Of a stretch of 63,212 bases of DNA, positions 1 to 7,670 are shown piece after piece. The translations under genes and the position numbers were made by a program. The notes below the pieces were generated by a model. It was not told the origin of the DNA, did not search any database, and was given only the letters and a program-made list of their open reading frames with translations. The stretch is from a virus (taxonomy: Duplodnaviria; Caudoviricetes). Positions within the stretch are counted from its first letter, which is position 1; every line of letters begins with the position of its first letter. The stretch lies in IMG/VR virus record IMGVR_UViG_3300012667_000136, positions 1-63,212 of that record, one strand, 5' to 3'.

Positions 1-1
1 T

Positions 2-610
2 TGTGTTTAAGCTAGGACGATCAGATTGTGAACCTGTACCGCTGTACTGTCCTTCGCCTTGTCCTTTCTTCTCTGCGCCGTGGCCGCCTGGAACTTTCTC
101 AACGTACTCACGTACTGTTGCTAAGTCAAAGTCTTCTTCTTTAGCAAATGGGTTTCCACCTTCTTCGCCATCGTCGCTACCCATATCACCTTCGTCGCCC
201 ATGCCTTGTGCGTCGAACTTAGCTTGTAGTTCGTCAACAATAGAGTTCAAGTCTTGGAATAGTTCTTCTGGATCTTTTTCGGCAAATTCGTCTTCGCCTT
301 CTTCACCTGCATTCAACTCGCCTTCTAGGTCGTCGCCCATATCGCCGGATGGACCGTCCATTTCGTCGTCGCCTTCGAAAGCAACATCTTCAAATCCTTC
401 TTCAACGTCTTCTTCAACGTCTTCTTCGAATTCTTCGTCGACTTTTTTGTTTTCTTCATCATCGCCGTCGGCTAATTCTGATTCAATAAGGTTCTCGTAG
501 ATTTCACGAGATTTAGCTACCACGTATTCGTGGAATAGCTCTTCTGCTTTAGCTTGGTCTTCGTTTACCAAGCGCTCTAGCATTTGTTCTAATAATGATT
601 TGTCTGCCAT
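2..610 (-). CDS. Acidic prohead core/scaffold-like protein, 3' end outside the window (absent from the ORF track)
   Basis: ATG at 610 with AAGGAG RBS and TTAAATA promoter upstream. It reads MADKSLLEQMLERLVNEDQAKAEELFHEYVVAKSREIYENLIESE..., is very D/E-rich, and stays open to the window edge. Its position downstream of portal is where T4-like core genes sit. Confidence 0.7.
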   Translation of the reverse strand, partial: MADKSLLEQMLERLVNEDQAKAEELFHEYVVAKSREIYENLIESELADGDDEENKKVDEEFEEDVEEDVEEGFEDVAFEGDDEMDGPSGDMGDDLEGELNAGEEGEDEFAEKDPEELFQDLNSIVDELQAKFDAQGMGDEGDMGSDDGEEGGNPFAKEEDFDLATVREYVEKVPGGHGAEKKGQGEGQYSGTGSQSDRPSLNT

Positions 611-646
611 GTCTTTATCTCCTTCAAGGTGGTTAGGCTGTGTTTT

Positions 647-653
647 TATTTAA
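647..653 (-). promoter_or_regulatory. T4-late-type promoter (TTAAATA)
   Basis: Variant of the T4 gp55 consensus TATAAATA, intergenic, upstream of the gene starting at 610. Confidence 0.6.
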
Positions 654-674
654 CACTATGATTACAAAAGGGGG

Positions 675-1316
675 TTAAATGGTAGTATTTTGATGATTTT
701 CAGAAGTATAAGTACAACCGGAGTATAATTTCTCAAACTCTTGGTATGTCATATGCTTTAGGTTAGTAAGTTCCGATCCTAACTGATCTGGTATAAAGTC
801 AGCTGGATTAATAACTCTAGTAAATTTAATGTTTCTAAATTCTTTAATAACTTTAGCAGTTTGACTTAGCCAGTTGCCGTGAAAGGTAGCTGCATCACTG
901 CTTTTCTTATAGTTGTAAGTGTCTGCATAGACATTATTAAATTTTCCGTTTATTCCTTGATAATCAAATCCAAATATAAAAACTTCTTTTGGACCATGGG
1001 AACACGCTAACCATAATGCTGTAGGGCCACTACTCCAGCCCTTGTGCGGATTAAACAGATTGATGTGATGCTTAGATGCTATACCGTTATTGGGATTTGT
1101 CCACACAGAATGAGTTCTGTGATAACCGCTAGATATTATTTCGTTGATCATTTTGACATCAACTGCAATTAAAAAGTGGGGATCGAACTCTCTATAGATA
1201 GCGTTACAGGCATAAACAGTACCCTTATCTAATAAGGCTTTATGATTTAATTTTGATCTGCTAGTACCATTGCCTAGTACAAACGCTATTTTATTGGACT
1301 GGCTGCTCTGCGTCAC
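675..1316 (-). CDS. MptE-like/DUF115 (Maf or sialyltransferase-like fold) protein
   Basis: Motifs AFVLGNGTSR, VYACNAIYR, LIAVD, WSSGPTALWLA, VFIFGFD. Likely GTG start at 1316; the track start is 1346. Confidence 0.55.
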   Translation of the reverse strand: MTQSSQSNKIAFVLGNGTSRSKLNHKALLDKGTVYACNAIYREFDPHFLIAVDVKMINEIISSGYHRTHSVWTNPNNGIASKHHINLFNPHKGWSSGPTALWLACSHGPKEVFIFGFDYQGINGKFNNVYADTYNYKKSSDAATFHGNWLSQTAKVIKEFRNIKFTRVINPADFIPDQLGSELTNLKHMTYQEFEKLYSGCTYTSENHQNTTI

Positions 1317-1542
1317 TTGCTGGGGTTCCGTACATCTGTGATACAAAGCCTAGCTCGCTTTTTTGCTCGTATTCATGAGCTTCGCTCTGCATCCTTAGTT
1401 GATTTATCTGTCTTAATGTTAAGCGGATCTTTCTAGTATCGCTTTTTTTGACTACAGATTTGTCGTTGGCATTGTCGTAGCGACGATCGACTGCAAAATC
1501 GTTATTGTTATCGTTAAAATAAAGGAACTCTAATAGAAGCAT
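1291..1542 (-). CDS. Small hypothetical head-module protein (83 aa)
   Basis: ATG at 1542 just after the portal stop, preceded by ATAAATA. The longer track start overlaps portal. Confidence 0.7.
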   Translation of the reverse strand: MLLLEFLYFNDNNNDFAVDRRYDNANDKSVVKKSDTRKIRLTLRQINQLRMQSEAHEYEQKSELGFVSQMYGTPASDAEQPVQ

Positions 1543-1549
1543 GATAGTG

Positions 1550-1556
1550 TATTTAT
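1550..1556 (-). promoter_or_regulatory. T4-late-type promoter (ATAAATA), probably leaderless transcript
   Basis: Motif lies 7 nt upstream of the ATG at 1542, with no RBS in between. Confidence 0.6.
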
Positions 1557-1558
1557 TA

Positions 1559-3265
1559 TTAGACAGTCTGATTCGGAGCCGCGGCAGCATCTGCAGGAGG
1601 AGCTTCACCGCCCTCTTCTGGAGGAGCTGCCATGTCTGCTTCTTGATCTTGAGCACCAGCTTCGTCGGCTATCCCGCTAGGAGTAATACCAACACTACGC
1701 ATCTGGCCGCCTGCATCAATTGCAGGTTTTAGATTTCCGCTATTTTCTTCTCTCCATAGCTTTTCGTTTTCTTTGATCTCTTCTTCCGTTAGGCCTAGGT
1801 AGCGTTTTAGTGCAAATCGCTTACTTAGGTGCGGGATTTCTTGCAATGTAGCAAACGTTGCGGCCCTTGCAGTATCAAGTTCACTCTGACGATATGCTGC
1901 AAAGTTTTGTGGAGGATTGAACTTTAATTCAAAGATACTGTTATCAATGTTAATGCCATTATTCTTTAACCAATACTTAAATTCTTGATCAAATGTTTCT
2001 ACTACCATTGCTTGCAGTCTTTCACAATATTTGTTGAATCGCAATTCTTGAATGTATGCAGTACCAACTTTTCCGTCAGTAACAGTATTGCTAGCATCAT
2101 CAACCGACGTTGGCAAGTAACTGCTAGGAATACGCAGGGCACGGAATAACTTGTTAGTGAAATAACGTAAGTCAGTAATCTCGCCTAGGTTAGTACCGCC
2201 AGGTAGTGTTTCAACTTTAGAACCGCGGCCTTCTGCTGTTTGTGGGAAGAAGTAATCCTCTGATACTGATAGCGGATTGTAACTAGCATCGACCATGTTC
2301 TGGCCGCCACCTGTTGAGCTAGGAATTCTACGTTGATGGATTTCGTTCTTAACACGTTCAACAAAGCTCATGGCCATGTGTGCTGGCATATTACCTACGT
2401 CAACGTAGAAAATTCTACGCTCTGGCGCACGTTGAATACGATAGATAATGATCGCATCTTCAAGCAATTCTTTTTGTTTGTAAACTTTAAACACGCTTTC
2501 TAACAAGCTGTTGCCAAATGGATAGTTGTTATCTAGTCCTTCGCTCAAACTAATATGCACAACGTTTTTAGCATCAACTGTGACTTCGTTTGTTTGGTTA
2601 CTGAATCTAGTGCCTGGTGGTTGAGCAGCATTGCCAACCATACCGCGGCCTTGCCCGCCACCACTGGTATAGCTACTTGTTCCGCTAGGAGCAGTATTAG
2701 TAGTACCGTGAGGCGTAGTTGCAACTAAGTTAACAAAGTTAAAATTAATATCTCGAATAACATATTGCTCTGGAACTTTACCTTCACTTTCATTTACAAT
2801 AATTTTCGATACTTTAGCAGCATCGACAAACAACCACTTTAATGTTTGCGGATCTCTAACAAAGAAACAATCGCCGTACTTGAAAGTATTCCTAACGATT
2901 CTAAAAATCCTTGTTTCAAATTGTTGTTGTTTGCTCCACTTCTGTAGACTTTCTTTAATTAATTTAACTTCAGTGCTAGTTGGGCTTCCACGGAAGTATG
3001 TATGGAACGTTGTGGAGTTCTCTTTATCTTTTTGGGTACAAAATTCTGCAAGGATATCTAAAGCAGCATTTACTTCGCTGTCCATATCCATAGTATCGTA
3101 TTGCATATAGCGTTCAACTCTGTTAGGAGCTCCGGCGTAGACATCTGGCAAGAAACTAGAATAATTTGTACGTGCAGGGCCGGGACGTCCTCCGCTACCA
3201 ATTGGACTTATTGATCCAGATTGGTTGTTAACGTTTACCGGTGTAAAATATTTTTTCCAACTCAT
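1559..3265 (-). CDS. gp20: Portal vertex protein, T4 gp20 family
   Basis: LLEDAIIIYRIQRAPERRIFYVDVGNMP, EDYFFP..EGRGSKVETLPGGTNLGEITDLRYF..KLFRALRIPSS and ELRFNKYCERLQ are hallmark gp20 motifs. Confidence 0.95.
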   Translation of the reverse strand: MSWKKYFTPVNVNNQSGSISPIGSGGRPGPARTNYSSFLPDVYAGAPNRVERYMQYDTMDMDSEVNAALDILAEFCTQKDKENSTTFHTYFRGSPTSTEVKLIKESLQKWSKQQQFETRIFRIVRNTFKYGDCFFVRDPQTLKWLFVDAAKVSKIIVNESEGKVPEQYVIRDINFNFVNLVATTPHGTTNTAPSGTSSYTSGGGQGRGMVGNAAQPPGTRFSNQTNEVTVDAKNVVHISLSEGLDNNYPFGNSLLESVFKVYKQKELLEDAIIIYRIQRAPERRIFYVDVGNMPAHMAMSFVERVKNEIHQRRIPSSTGGGQNMVDASYNPLSVSEDYFFPQTAEGRGSKVETLPGGTNLGEITDLRYFTNKLFRALRIPSSYLPTSVDDASNTVTDGKVGTAYIQELRFNKYCERLQAMVVETFDQEFKYWLKNNGINIDNSIFELKFNPPQNFAAYRQSELDTARAATFATLQEIPHLSKRFALKRYLGLTEEEIKENEKLWREENSGNLKPAIDAGGQMRSVGITPSGIADEAGAQDQEADMAAPPEEGGEAPPADAAAAPNQTV

Positions 3266-3278
3266 TAATTATTTCCTT

Positions 3279-6200
3279 TTAAGCAGCGTATAAATCGCCA
3301 CTCTGGGCTATGTTTCGTTGTACAGATAACTGACGCTCATTGATTTCTATTGATTTCTTGGTAATAGCAATTAGTGTATCCATCTTGTTATTTAAGGTAG
3401 AAAGCAGAGATTCAGGGCTTTCCTGGCGGCTAGCACCGCCCGGGCGCTGTGCTGCGGCTGCTTGAACTGCTGGCGCTGCTGCTGCGGTTGCTGCTGCTGC
3501 GGGTGCAGCGGCAATTGCTTGTTGTGCAGCCGCAGATGTTGGAGCTCCTGCAATTCCTGCCATTTGGCCAGAATATGCAGTTACCTTATTCATCACTTCT
3601 CCTGACAAATAAGATCCTTTCTTTCTTACATCGCCGCCTGCTACCTGGCTAGTTGCTAACAAATTAGCCTGGTCCTGGGTCATATTCTTTTCATCGATGC
3701 CCATAGACTTAGCCATACTAGACTTGCCTTTCTTCATGTACCATGCTGTAACTTCAGCAGCTACAGCAGGTTGATTAACTAGATCCGGATCTTTAATTAA
3801 CCGGTCGTCACCGTATATCTCTTTAGATGCAGCCGAGTAGTTGTTCTTACCTGTGAGTTGAATAAACCCACGACCTCGGAATTTAAAACCGTCGCCCGGT
3901 TCTAAGTTGCCCATTGCTTGGCCCATTTTGGTTCCAGCGCCGTACATCATCTCGCCCATCTTGCTTGGGTCTTTTTTAATTGTGTCTAGCTCTTCGTCAG
4001 ACTTTCCTGCTGCTCTAGATCCAAAAATACTTCTGATTCTATCGTTGCTAGTTTTTCCGTAGTTTAAATTCTCAGACTTGCTAGTGCCACCTGTTTCTTT
4101 CATCACGTTACCTAAGGTAGCGGCAATGTATTTCGGATCCGTAATACCTTGTTTTTGTAGTGCAGCTTTAACCATTTCCATATTTTTAGTCTGGTCTTGA
4201 TTAGGCGGTGGTGGTGTTGTTACTCCTGCAGATCCGCTTGTTGCTCCTGGCTGCGATGTAGCTGCATTACCTGCACCTTTCATACGATTCACCATGCTGT
4301 CAAACATCTTCTGAGGACTTGACATGTCAATCGGTGATGCTGCGGTAACAGTAGCAGCAACTTCTTTTGTCTTGGCTTCGGTATTTGATTTTGTAGCTTC
4401 GGTGTTTTCTTTAGCCGCTTTCTTAGCTTCTTCTTTATATCCGCGCTCGTCTTTTACCTGTTCTCTTCTTGCATCTCTTGCTTTTTCTTTTTCTTTTAAT
4501 TCAGCTTTTTCTAGTTCGATAGCTTCTCGGGCTTGCTTGATTTTTTTGTTAGCATCACCAAATGTAACTTTGTCCAGTAGTCCTAAGAACCCGTCTGCTA
4601 GTGTTAAGACAAGACTCTTTATGTTATCTTTCATGGCCTCAATAACTGAACTAAACTCCCACCCACTCTTTCTTAATGCGTAAAATACTGCACCTACGGC
4701 AGCAACTGCTGCAATTAAAGGAAGGAAAGGCGCTGCTGCGGCTAGTGCCGCTCCTGCCATGGCAGCTAATGGTGCTAATGATGCAGTAATTCCTAATGTT
4801 TGTAACGCTTGCACAACGTTGTGGGCAAAGATTGCAGCCTTTAATAATGCAAAGATTGCAACTAGTGGTGCAGCAATAGCAACAATTGTACCAAAATTAT
4901 TAGCCATAAACTGGAACGCAGGCACAACATAATCCATAGTAAATGATGTAAGCATTTCAAATGCACTCATCATGGTATCAAGCAAACCGCTATTAGCAAG
5001 GAACATAGTAAACACGTTGCTAGTTTCGGCAAGTTTTTGTTTATATGTTTCCATCGATGCTGGATCAAGACCTTTCTTTCCAAGCTCTTCTTCTTTTTTC
5101 TTGCGTTCTTCTGCTGCTAACTGTTGTTCAGCTTGTGCTTGCCCTAGAGTTTTCTGATTAGCTGCTGCATCCATAGCACCTACATAAAATCTCTTACTTG
5201 CATCATCACCGTACTGTGCCATATTTTCAGCAACACCGGATTTAGTAAATGCCGTTACTTCTTTCTTATATGCCGCATTGATACTTGCTGCCTGATCCGC
5301 ACCCATCTTGCCTGTAGTACGAATCTGTTGATTCAACTGCATCATATTTCGAGCAGAGTCTGGTAAAAATGCCAGAGCCTTCTTACCAGCTTCACTAGTT
5401 GCAGTACCAGTGGCAATAATTTCCTTCATGCCTTCCTGATGTTCTGCAGGAATACTGTCCATTAAGTTTTGCAAGTTGCGTTGGCTATCAACATCCAACT
5501 TGCTCATAATATTTCTAAATTGTGAATCTTTAAGTCTAGCATTACGCTCGGCTTCTAGTTCTTGCTTGTTCTTTCCAGTTAGCTTTGTTAGTGCGTCTAA
5601 GTCTTTTAAGTAAGCACCAGTCGATGCAACTAACTGAGCGTTAGTCATTCCTTGTAACTGTCCAGTCTTAGCTAACTGAGCAGAATAGGTAACCATGCCT
5701 TCGTTAATTGCTTCAGTTGAATAACCTAAACGATTAAGTTCTTTGGCTATTGGACTGCCTTTGATTTCCTTACCTAGTGCTGCTAATCGTTTAGCACCTT
5801 CTTCTGACGTGCCTCCTAACAATGCTAGGTCCTTACCAGTCTTGGCAATAATTCCACTAAAGGCATCAAAAGTTAAACCTGCTTGACTAGCAGAGTTAAC
5901 CATCTCTGTAATGCTGCCGCCGAAGTTTGCCCCAACGCTAGCAGCTTGCTGAAATGACTTGTAAGTTTTTTCGGCTGCTCCTGCAACTGCTCCGAATACT
6001 CCTGCTAGAGCACCACCTACAATTGGAATTTGATTCATCGAAGCTGCGGCAGCTTCTAGACTATTACCAACGTTAGCAAGTGTGCTTAGTAAGTTAGTCA
6101 TTCCTGTAGCAACACCTGCTACAGTGTTACCCAAGTATGCTAGTTTGTCAGCAGAATTTTGGATAGCCTTCCATTCTTCTTCTTTTTTCTTTTTGGCTTT

Positions 6201-6488
6201 TTCTTCTGCGTCTGTAAGATCTTGTTTGGCTTTAAGAGCTTTCTTCTGCGCATCAGTCATCTTCTCGAGCTCTTCACGCTCTTTTTTACTTGCTGCTGCT
6301 AATCTTGCTAACTCTTTTTCTAATTCTTTTATTAGTTTAGGATCGGGTGCCCCTTTGCCTTTGCCGGCTTTGGGTTGAGAAGCTACCATGGCTAGCATAG
6401 CCGCTAGAAGTTGTCTTAGAGTCGTCTCCGTAGCCGCATTGTTTAATTGGATCGGCTGTCCGCCCAAATCGCCTGTTACGTCTGCCAT
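3279..6488 (-). CDS. Tape-measure-like protein with C-terminal GH19 (chitinase/lysozyme) domain
   Basis: Long Ala/Gly-rich helical coiled coil with hydrophobic stretches, followed by KETGG..SENLNY and GDGFKFRGRGFIQLTGKNNY (GH19 signature). Confidence 0.8.
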   Translation of the reverse strand: MADVTGDLGGQPIQLNNAATETTLRQLLAAMLAMVASQPKAGKGKGAPDPKLIKELEKELARLAAASKKEREELEKMTDAQKKALKAKQDLTDAEEKAKKKKEEEWKAIQNSADKLAYLGNTVAGVATGMTNLLSTLANVGNSLEAAAASMNQIPIVGGALAGVFGAVAGAAEKTYKSFQQAASVGANFGGSITEMVNSASQAGLTFDAFSGIIAKTGKDLALLGGTSEEGAKRLAALGKEIKGSPIAKELNRLGYSTEAINEGMVTYSAQLAKTGQLQGMTNAQLVASTGAYLKDLDALTKLTGKNKQELEAERNARLKDSQFRNIMSKLDVDSQRNLQNLMDSIPAEHQEGMKEIIATGTATSEAGKKALAFLPDSARNMMQLNQQIRTTGKMGADQAASINAAYKKEVTAFTKSGVAENMAQYGDDASKRFYVGAMDAAANQKTLGQAQAEQQLAAEERKKKEEELGKKGLDPASMETYKQKLAETSNVFTMFLANSGLLDTMMSAFEMLTSFTMDYVVPAFQFMANNFGTIVAIAAPLVAIFALLKAAIFAHNVVQALQTLGITASLAPLAAMAGAALAAAAPFLPLIAAVAAVGAVFYALRKSGWEFSSVIEAMKDNIKSLVLTLADGFLGLLDKVTFGDANKKIKQAREAIELEKAELKEKEKARDARREQVKDERGYKEEAKKAAKENTEATKSNTEAKTKEVAATVTAASPIDMSSPQKMFDSMVNRMKGAGNAATSQPGATSGSAGVTTPPPPNQDQTKNMEMVKAALQKQGITDPKYIAATLGNVMKETGGTSKSENLNYGKTSNDRIRSIFGSRAAGKSDEELDTIKKDPSKMGEMMYGAGTKMGQAMGNLEPGDGFKFRGRGFIQLTGKNNYSAASKEIYGDDRLIKDPDLVNQPAVAAEVTAWYMKKGKSSMAKSMGIDEKNMTQDQANLLATSQVAGGDVRKKGSYLSGEVMNKVTAYSGQMAGIAGAPTSAAAQQAIAAAPAAAATAAAAPAVQAAAAQRPGGASRQESPESLLSTLNNKMDTLIAITKKSIEINERQLSVQRNIAQSGDLYAA

Positions 6489-6514
6489 TAAGTAAAAATC
6501 CTAAAAACTACGCA

Positions 6515-6522
6515 TATAAATA
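6515..6522 (+). promoter_or_regulatory. T4 late promoter, exact TATAAATA
   Basis: Perfect consensus upstream of the gene at 6556, which has a GGAG RBS. Confidence 0.75.
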
Positions 6523-6537
6523 CATTCGTAGATATGT

Positions 6538-6544
6538 TATTTAT
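6538..6544 (-). promoter_or_regulatory. T4-late-type promoter (ATAAATA) for the tape-measure gene
   Basis: TATTTAT on the + strand in the divergent intergenic gap. Confidence 0.6.
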
Positions 6545-6555
6545 CGGAGATAAAA

Positions 6556-7428
6556 ATGTCAGACCATCCAAATTTTCAGCCGGCTAACAAGCCATTAAAC
6601 AACCCACTTGCTAATTATTTTAGACAACCAAAGTTGTATCTAAGATTACCTAGCCAGGGTCAGTTTTATGAAAACGGCTCGCTCGATGCTAGTCAAAACG
6701 ACGAGTATGCAGTATATGCAATGACTGCTAAAGATGAGTTAATGTTTAAAACTCCCGATGCATTAATGAACGGGCAAGCAACTGTTGAAGTTATTAAGAG
6801 CTGTGTACCTGCAATTAAAGATCCTTGGTTAATGCCAAGTATTGATATGGACGCTGTTCTTATTGCTATCCGAATTGCATCATACGGTGAAACTATGGAT
6901 ATCGCTTCAGATTGTCCTAGCTGCAATCATCGTAATGAGTTCGAAATGAATTTATTGGCTCACTTAGATGCAGTTAGCCAATTCCAATACGAGTCTGCAT
7001 TACAAATTGGCCCGTTAACTGTACATATCCGTCCTTATACATATAAAGAACTTAGCAAGACTGCTATCAAAACGTTAGAACAACAGAAAATTTTCTCAAT
7101 TGTTAGTGATGATAGCCTCAGCGACGAAGATAAGATTACACAGTTTGGTAATAGCTTTGTTAAATTAACTGAACTCACCGTTGATGTTGTTGCTGGTTGC
7201 ATTACAAAAATTGCAACACCAGAAGGTGAAGTATCAGACCAAGCGATGATTTTTGAATTCATCCGTAATGCTTCTAGTGAAGTCTTTAATAAAATCAACA
7301 GCCATATTTTAGAAATGAAAGATGTAATGACGTTAAAGGCTCAAGGTGTAAAGTGTACAGAGTGCGAGCACGAATGGGAAGTTAACGTAACCATGGACCA
7401 GACAAATTTTTTCGGAACAGGATCTTAA
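6556..7428 (+). CDS. gp26: Baseplate hub assembly / tail assembly chaperone, T4 gp26-like
   Basis: P-x-L-Y-L-x-LPS-x-G, MTAKDEL, DMDAVLIAIRIASYGE, two CxxC motifs (CPSC, CTEC) and C-terminal NFF. Confidence 0.75.
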   Translation: MSDHPNFQPANKPLNNPLANYFRQPKLYLRLPSQGQFYENGSLDASQNDEYAVYAMTAKDELMFKTPDALMNGQATVEVIKSCVPAIKDPWLMPSIDMDAVLIAIRIASYGETMDIASDCPSCNHRNEFEMNLLAHLDAVSQFQYESALQIGPLTVHIRPYTYKELSKTAIKTLEQQKIFSIVSDDSLSDEDKITQFGNSFVKLTELTVDVVAGCITKIATPEGEVSDQAMIFEFIRNASSEVFNKINSHILEMKDVMTLKAQGVKCTECEHEWEVNVTMDQTNFFGTGS

Positions 7429-7450
7429 GCCTGCCTCAGCCTGAGATCCT
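7404..7450 (+). promoter_or_regulatory. Predicted -1 programmed ribosomal frameshift signal (slippery site plus stem-loop)
   Basis: In-frame A_AAT_TTT and T_TTT_TTC heptamers (7404-7413), a 5-nt spacer, then a 9-bp stem 7419-7427/7442-7450. The -1 frame is open into ORF 7452-7640. Confidence 0.75.
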
Positions 7451-7451
7451 T

Positions 7452-7640
7452 TTGTATGTTAAATCTTTAGAGAAAGAGGCGAGTGCAATAAAGAAAGACA
7501 TTCTTAAAATTTGTTGGTATATGAGAGGAATGAGTTATACCGAAGCCATGCATTTATCACATGAAGATAGATCGATAATATCAGATATCATTAAAGATAA
7601 TTTAGAAACTACAAAGAAAAGCGGACTACCGTTCTTCTAA
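7452..7640 (+). CDS. Small baseplate/tail assembly protein (gp51-like), probably made as the -1 frameshift extension of the upstream gene
   Basis: CWYMRGMSYTEAMHLSHEDR pattern. It has only a TTG start without RBS and lies in the -1 frame relative to 6556-7428. Confidence 0.65.
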   Translation: MYVKSLEKEASAIKKDILKICWYMRGMSYTEAMHLSHEDRSIISDIIKDNLETTKKSGLPFF

Positions 7641-7642
7641 TA

Positions 7643-7668
7643 AAAAAGGACTCCTAGGAGTCCTTTTT
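7643..7668. terminator. Bidirectional intrinsic terminator
   Basis: Perfect 26-bp palindrome AAAAAGGACTCCTAGGAGTCCTTTTT between convergent genes, giving a U-tract on both strands. Confidence 0.85.
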
Positions 7669-7670
7669 GT

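Noticed and set aside
3-500. Ser-rich plus-strand ORF
   Set aside because: Antisense shadow of the acidic minus-strand gene starting at 610.
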